Assembly (NCBI RefSeq): GCF_009914755.1
Contig: NC_060926.1
From: the human T2T-CHM13v2.0 reference genome, Homo sapiens
DNA length: 64,000 nucleotides
Strand: one strand, 5' to 3'
Shown here: positions 53,981 to 64,000 of the stretch, in pieces
Layout: each line of letters opens with the position of its first letter
How positions within the stretch are numbered: the stretch's first letter is position 1
The notes under the pieces: generated by a model
What the model was told of the DNA's origin: nothing
Databases searched by the model: none
The model's input: only the letters and a program-made list of their open reading frames with translations
Program-made: the position numbers and the translations under genes

Positions 53981-54319
53981 TAAGGGTCAGCAAACTACAG
54001 CCCAGAAGCCATATCCAACCCACCATTTGTTTTTGTACAGCCCATGAACTAAGAATGTTTTGAAATTTTAAATGGCTAGGGGAAAAAATGAAAAATAAGA
54101 AGACTATTTCGTGGCATATGAAAATTACATGAAATTTATATTTCGGTTTCCATGAATAAAGTATTATTGAAACACATCAACAATCATTCATATGCATGTT
54201 GTCTATGGCTGCCTTTGTGCTACAAAGGCAGAGTTGGGTGGTAGTGACAGAGAATGTATGGCCCACATAGCCTGAAGTATTTACTATTTCCCCCTTAATG
54301 GAAAGTTTGCCAAACCTTA
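53981..54319 (+). mobile_element. MER58B hAT transposon
   Basis: agggtcagcaaactacagccc...gaaaattacatgaaattt...gtctatggctgc...aaagtttgccaaacc; exact 8-bp TSD ctctagtg. Confidence 0.92.
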
Positions 54320-56910
54320 CTCTAGTGTATGAGGTGCTGGTATATTGAGAAAAAAATTATGAAGGATCTTAAATATTATTTGAGTGAATATAAACATTAT
54401 CTTGTGTGAACTGGTGAATACAATAGTTGAAGGATTTATCATTATGTTAAAAATTAACATTTTGGTGAACTTATCATTCATTTGATAAAATCCTCCATTC
54501 AAATGTAAGTGCCACATGACCATTGAGCCATAGTCAGGTTAGTTAACAAATCTTTACAATTCCTAAAGAGAATTAAAAGGTAGTTCAAGTATGTCTCAAG
54601 GCTTATAGGTCAAACAGAAAAAAATGAGTTTTAGGTTTAGAAAATCCCAAAGTGGTCATTTGGCACAGACAGTTTTCTGAGAAGAAAAGTCTGACATGTA
54701 CCTACTTTATAGCCCAGTAGCTAAAGACTAAAAAAAAAAAAAAGTCATTTTATTTAAGCCATGTTTCCAATATTTTTGAACAAGAATGCTCCCTTTAAGG
54801 CCAAAAAAAATTTATAGGCCATTTTGCAACAGTAACAGTTGTACACATGTTGTAAGAAAATGTATAACGAAATCATGCATTTTAAATTAATTTTAATTTA
54901 AGACGCTTTTGTATACACAAAAATAGTAGTACAAATGTATGTAAACCTTATGCAATCTTTTGAATAATATTTGGTACGTGTGGTTTTAGAAACTCCTTAA
55001 AAAACTAGGGGGAACCAAATGTCCATGTTAAAAAGCCTAGGAGTCAATTGATGTACAATGCCATAGAACTATTTTGACTGAACTTCTTAATTAATTAACT
55101 GATTTGCATTTGCTTGTGTGATTCTTTATAGCCTGCTCATATTTGTTTTAAGCCAAAGAAAACCAAGTTTGTTATTAAAAATATCATCAAAACCAAAAAA
55201 TTTGGTTAATCATATGCTAGGTAATTTCTGGACCTGATTGGATGATTTCTTCTACAATTAATTCCTTGAACAGCTAATTGATTTGTTGCCAGATAAACAG
55301 AAAAAGGTCATGCTAAAATCCAGTCATACCACATGCTCCATTTTGGGTTCTGGGACCAACCTATTCACTTACCTTTTATCCAGATAAATTCTAAATTTGA
55401 CTCAGAGATAACTTACAGAACAGGTCAGAAAATACTAATATCTTTTGCATTGTAAACAACAAAAAAAATGTAGGTAGCTCTCCCTTTTTCAAAGTTTTGT
55501 TTTTGTTATTTTTTAAAATATTTAATGGCTTAGGAGATACATGAAAAATGAAAGAAGAAACACACCTTGGCAATAAACTGATAAATTGATGATATCATCA
55601 ACGCTAATCATGGCACAGAAGCCTTCAACTACAGGATTAAAAAAGCACCACTGAAAATACATTACTCTCTGGCTTTCTCTTCAGAAAACTAGGCTAAATT
55701 CAGCTTAAAACTGCATTCGGTGACTCCTTTAACATTTTGACTGAGGGGTGATCTGGAGGTCAGTGTGGAGGTCAGGAGTAGGGCAATGTGATGAAACGTC
55801 CATTTCATTGTCAACCATGCATTTGAATGAAGTTCTTTTTTATAGGCGGAGTAAGAACTAAAGGCCAGTAGGGAAAGCCTGGGTTGTCAATTACTGCGTG
55901 TTTTATGTCTTGAATCATTGGCCCTAGAACCTGAAGAACTCTTTCTGTCTGTTTGTTAAGAATTGACCCAAGATCCTTTCTCTAACCCCTGAATATGCAG
56001 TAAACTTCAGAGTTACTATGTTTTTTATAATTATGATTACTACTCCCAATGTCATTCATTTTACATGTTGCTTTTAACATTTTTATTACCATCACCTCTA
56101 ATCCACTTGACTTTTCACAATAGTCCTGTATTGGTATTTCCAGTTGACAGATGAAAAACATACTTGGTTGTTTATTTTAAAAGACTAAGGCAGACATTTT
56201 CACTATTTCAGCATAGGATATTTCTGTGAGTTCATAAAAATCCAACTGTTCTTAGTTAAATCTCCTTCTAGTATACATCTTGTAGCCAAATAAAACGACT
56301 ATATTTGGTCACATCATACCCCTACCTGATCAACATACGCCTAGCTGAAAATTAGGTCAAAGATGGACTAATAATAGTTTGTTTGGTTAACAGGAAGTTT
56401 TGCCCAAAGAAAATAATATTGTTTATTAATGAATGATGAATCCTAGATGATAAAGGTAAGGAAACTGAATCAAACACATAAAATCAGAAACTCAACAAAT
56501 ATCCATTAGGAACCTTTTATGGACAAGGCATTATGCTAGACACTGAAAGATATATATTAAATAATATAGTGCATGCATCTTCAAGATGTTTTACAAATCC
56601 ATTGAAAGAAATGTATTAATTTATTGAAGCTCAAAGAGAACCTTGTCACTGAGTCTTCATTCTAATCAAAGCATTATCAGGGGAAAAAAGTCAAAACGAT
56701 TGCTACATTGAAAGATAAACAGAGACTATATAATAACTATGATAAATATGTAGTTATAATCTTCTCTAAATTAAGCTTAACTGAAAAGTTATGTACTTAC
56801 AAAGGCCCCAAGTCTTGATCATAAAAGACTCATGGAACCCTATAAAGAGTGCTAAAGATCATTTGGGTAAAACATTTTATTCAAGGCTATATAGTGGAAT
56901 AAGAACTAGT

Positions 56911-61139
<4,229 letters not shown>

Positions 61140-62803
61140 AAGAACTAGTTTATCAATCAGAATACCTGGGTCTAGTCCTGGCTTTGCGTGAACTACTTTG
61201 ATCTTTGAACTTAGTCAAGTTACGTAAAATCTTCTTTAAAACAGTTGTGGAGTTTGAGTAGAAGAACTAGGCTTCTTTTACTTTAAAACCTCCATTACTT
61301 TAAAGTTTTGAATTATGAACTAGTAAATATTATAAGATCTATGTATATGCCAATTTTACCCATGTTAAATAAGGTCCCCACTACTTATTTTCCACTACAG
61401 GAGGACAAAAATGTAATGTAGAACCATGGTTTGATTTTCCTAGACTTGCTGAGAGTTCCTCTCTACCATGGTAATGAGTAGAAGTGACCAGTTTTCATTA
61501 TTGCATAGATTAGAATAGATGATGCTAGAAATAGTGGAAACTATAGCAAAGTAGAAGAGGAGGTTAGAGAAGTGAAGAGGCTTGCAGAAAAGTTTTGTTT
61601 TTCAGCCTATAAAAAGACAATTTTAGCCACTCAGCTGGGCCTTTTACATCAAACGTCTGAATCAGAGTAACAAGTGCATATGTACTAATGAAAAATTTCC
61701 TGAATAGAGGACCCACTACATTATTTCATTAAATTAGAAATACAAAAATAGCTATTTAATAAATTAAATCACAGTTTTAACAAATATTTACTAAAGAATC
61801 ATGAAGTATTGCCTTGGCTTCTAAGATGACTAATAGGGATTTTCAACTTCGCTAAGCTTAGTTCTTTGTTAGAGGAAAAATCTTAGTGCGATATGACCAA
61901 GAACGCTAACCCTTGGAGTTCCAAGGGGTCTTTATCTCAATTGCTTTTAAATAGTGTTAGGCGTGCCCAACCAGAGGAACCAAGGTGAAGAAGAAGCTTG
62001 TGTGGACTGACTGTCGGGCTGACTGATAATTCCTACTGAGATACACTTCAATGCCATCCCACAACAAGATGCTGGGATTGGATTTAAAGCCAATGTAAGC
62101 TTTAAATGGAGTTTTACTGTGAAACAAAACACCTGTCTTTCATCCCAAGCTAAATTGACAAGCAATAATTTAGTTGTCTAAACTGAGAGCTTTCAGGATT
62201 CCAAACTGCATAATGTCAAAAGACAATGTATAAAGTTGCACTTGGAAGTTCAAAGGTAGAATGCCATGTAGGCAAACATATTATATGACTGGTCTTTTCC
62301 TCTCTCTCTTTAGTCCTTTCTTCTGTCCCCTCTGCCAGTTTCCTTTGCTACTATTTTTTTGGGGGCTGGTGAGGGGCTGGTGAGGAATGTGGGGGAGAGA
62401 GATTGTAACTATGCAAATTGGTGAGTAGGTGACAACAAAAGCATTTTCTCCCTTTTACTTTCCACAAGATGAGCACTTCCTGTGTTCAATTGAATTAATC
62501 AGAGATTGCATCTACCAAATAGAAATAAAAGGAAAGAAATAAAGAATACTTAAGCAAGATTACTAAAGTCCTCCCTACATAAATGTAAAATAATATAGCC
62601 TGAATTTTGTAGCAACTTTTTCCATACAAATTATTCTGTTTCTTCTATCTTCCACTTCAGTTGCATTTGTTAAAATCGGGGTACCTGACATCGGAGAGGC
62701 TAAATTTAGTCCCTTACACGTGACAACATTTTACACTTGTCCTTCAATAATTTCTTTTTAGGATAAATAGTAAAAGTAACCATGGCCTTTCTTTCTCCAA
62801 ACT

Positions 62804-62807
<4 letters not shown>

Positions 62808-62848
<41 letters not shown>
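62808..62848. repeat. (TC)20 microsatellite
   Basis: Perfect dinucleotide run. Confidence 0.97.
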
Positions 62849-62851
<3 letters not shown>

Positions 62852-63789
62852 ATCCACACACACAGGGTATTTCTTTTACTTTTTTTTTCTTCTTTTGAGG
62901 TTCACAAGCTATCTTTTCTTCCATCTTCTTTCCCAAAAGAAAAAATGAGGGAAGCAGGGTCGATTAGCAAAATGAAACAGATGCTGATACAAAAGTAGTG
63001 AGCTAGTTCTGATTGGACTTTGCCAGCTGTCAGTGAGCATTTCTGTGTTTTGTTAATGAAGTGGTATTCACTTTTCTGGACTGGCATTGGCTGACATGTT
63101 TAGTGTAATGAATGCTAAACTGAGCCTAGATCATTTTTTAAATCATAGCTTAGGGCTTAACAGCCCTTTAAATGAATTCTATAAACAAGATAGTTGTTAA
63201 TTCTCAATCAATGTATCACTAATCATCAAATAGTATTAAAACAAGAGATGGTCTTTTACAAACTCAGTAAACCTTATTAAAGTTACCAAATTATCCATTC
63301 AGGGGTTATTTTCTCATTCAGAGAATGTCAAGATTTGAACAGAAATATATTTGAAGATACCTATTTCTGTGGATTAGTAAAGGAGATGTGTGTTTGTGTG
63401 TGTGTGTATAAATGTGTGTGCCTTCATAAATTAATATGGCCTCAAGAAATGAGTAACTAACATAGCCTTAAATCTGAAGTCATTAATAAAAATGTAAACT
63501 GTATATCACAGTGAGTTCCATGTGTCTTTAGTTTGCTGACACCCACAAGCAAGCATTTCATGAGAGGAACCTAAGTATGGTGAAAACTAGAAAAGTGTAT
63601 GTAGGCTATTCTTTACAACAACAACAACAACAAAATTCTCCCTTTTACTGTGACACTATAACAATACAGGCTATATTATTTTGCATTTATGTGCAGTGTT
63701 TTAAAATTCATCTACAATTCCGTAGACTCAACACTTGGGGAGTAGTATAGTGATTCTAGCTCACCCCATCTCTTCTACTGTACTGCAAC

Positions 63790-63875
63790 TCTGCTTTACT
63801 TTCTCATGGAATACTAAAATAGTGCCTGGCATACAGTACATGGTAAATATTTGTTTCATAAATGAACAAATGCAG
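63790..63875 (+). mobile_element. L2 3' end fragment
   Basis: atagtgcctggcatacagta...taaatatttgtttcataaatgaa. Confidence 0.65.
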
Positions 63876-64000
63876 GTGGAAGATGAAAAGAGATGTCAAG
63901 GCAAATAACATTCATTAACTATCTTTTATTCTCAATGTTAAGGTGTGTTTGGGACCTATTATTTAATTCTAATAGCAATCTCATTAGGTAGGTAGTATTA

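Noticed and set aside
61910-61927. 8-bp hairpins (cccttgga/tccaaggg; also gaaccaaa/tttggttc at ~46980)
   Set aside because: Too short for a pre-miRNA and expected by chance

Overview
AT-rich, CpG-depleted primate (very likely human/ape) intronic or intergenic DNA. I found no credible host protein-coding exon, rRNA, tRNA or CRISPR array. The only real coding sequence is a 5'-truncated, inactivated L1PA3/4-type LINE-1 (56911-61139) with a 10-bp TSD. The rest is an ordinary, layered mammalian repeat record: five Alus, an L1PB 3' end, old L1M pieces, solo LTRs (MLT1B x2, MLT1C, MLT1G, MLT1I, THE1, MER41, LTR16C), hAT/Tigger DNA transposons (MER20B, MER58A x2, MER58B, MER46C, MER5A, MER102, a Charlie), many MIR/L2/L3 fragments and microsatellites. 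Repeat families were named from remembered consensus sequences, so subfamily calls are approximate. The most notable non-repeat signal is a CpG-retaining block at about 45.2-45.75 kb (candidate promoter/enhancer). It has nearby splice-site-bounded candidate non-coding exons on both strands (45966-46093 minus; 48136-48403 and 50661-50760 plus), suggesting a possible lncRNA locus. I did not find evidence for a novel biological system and cannot name the locus.
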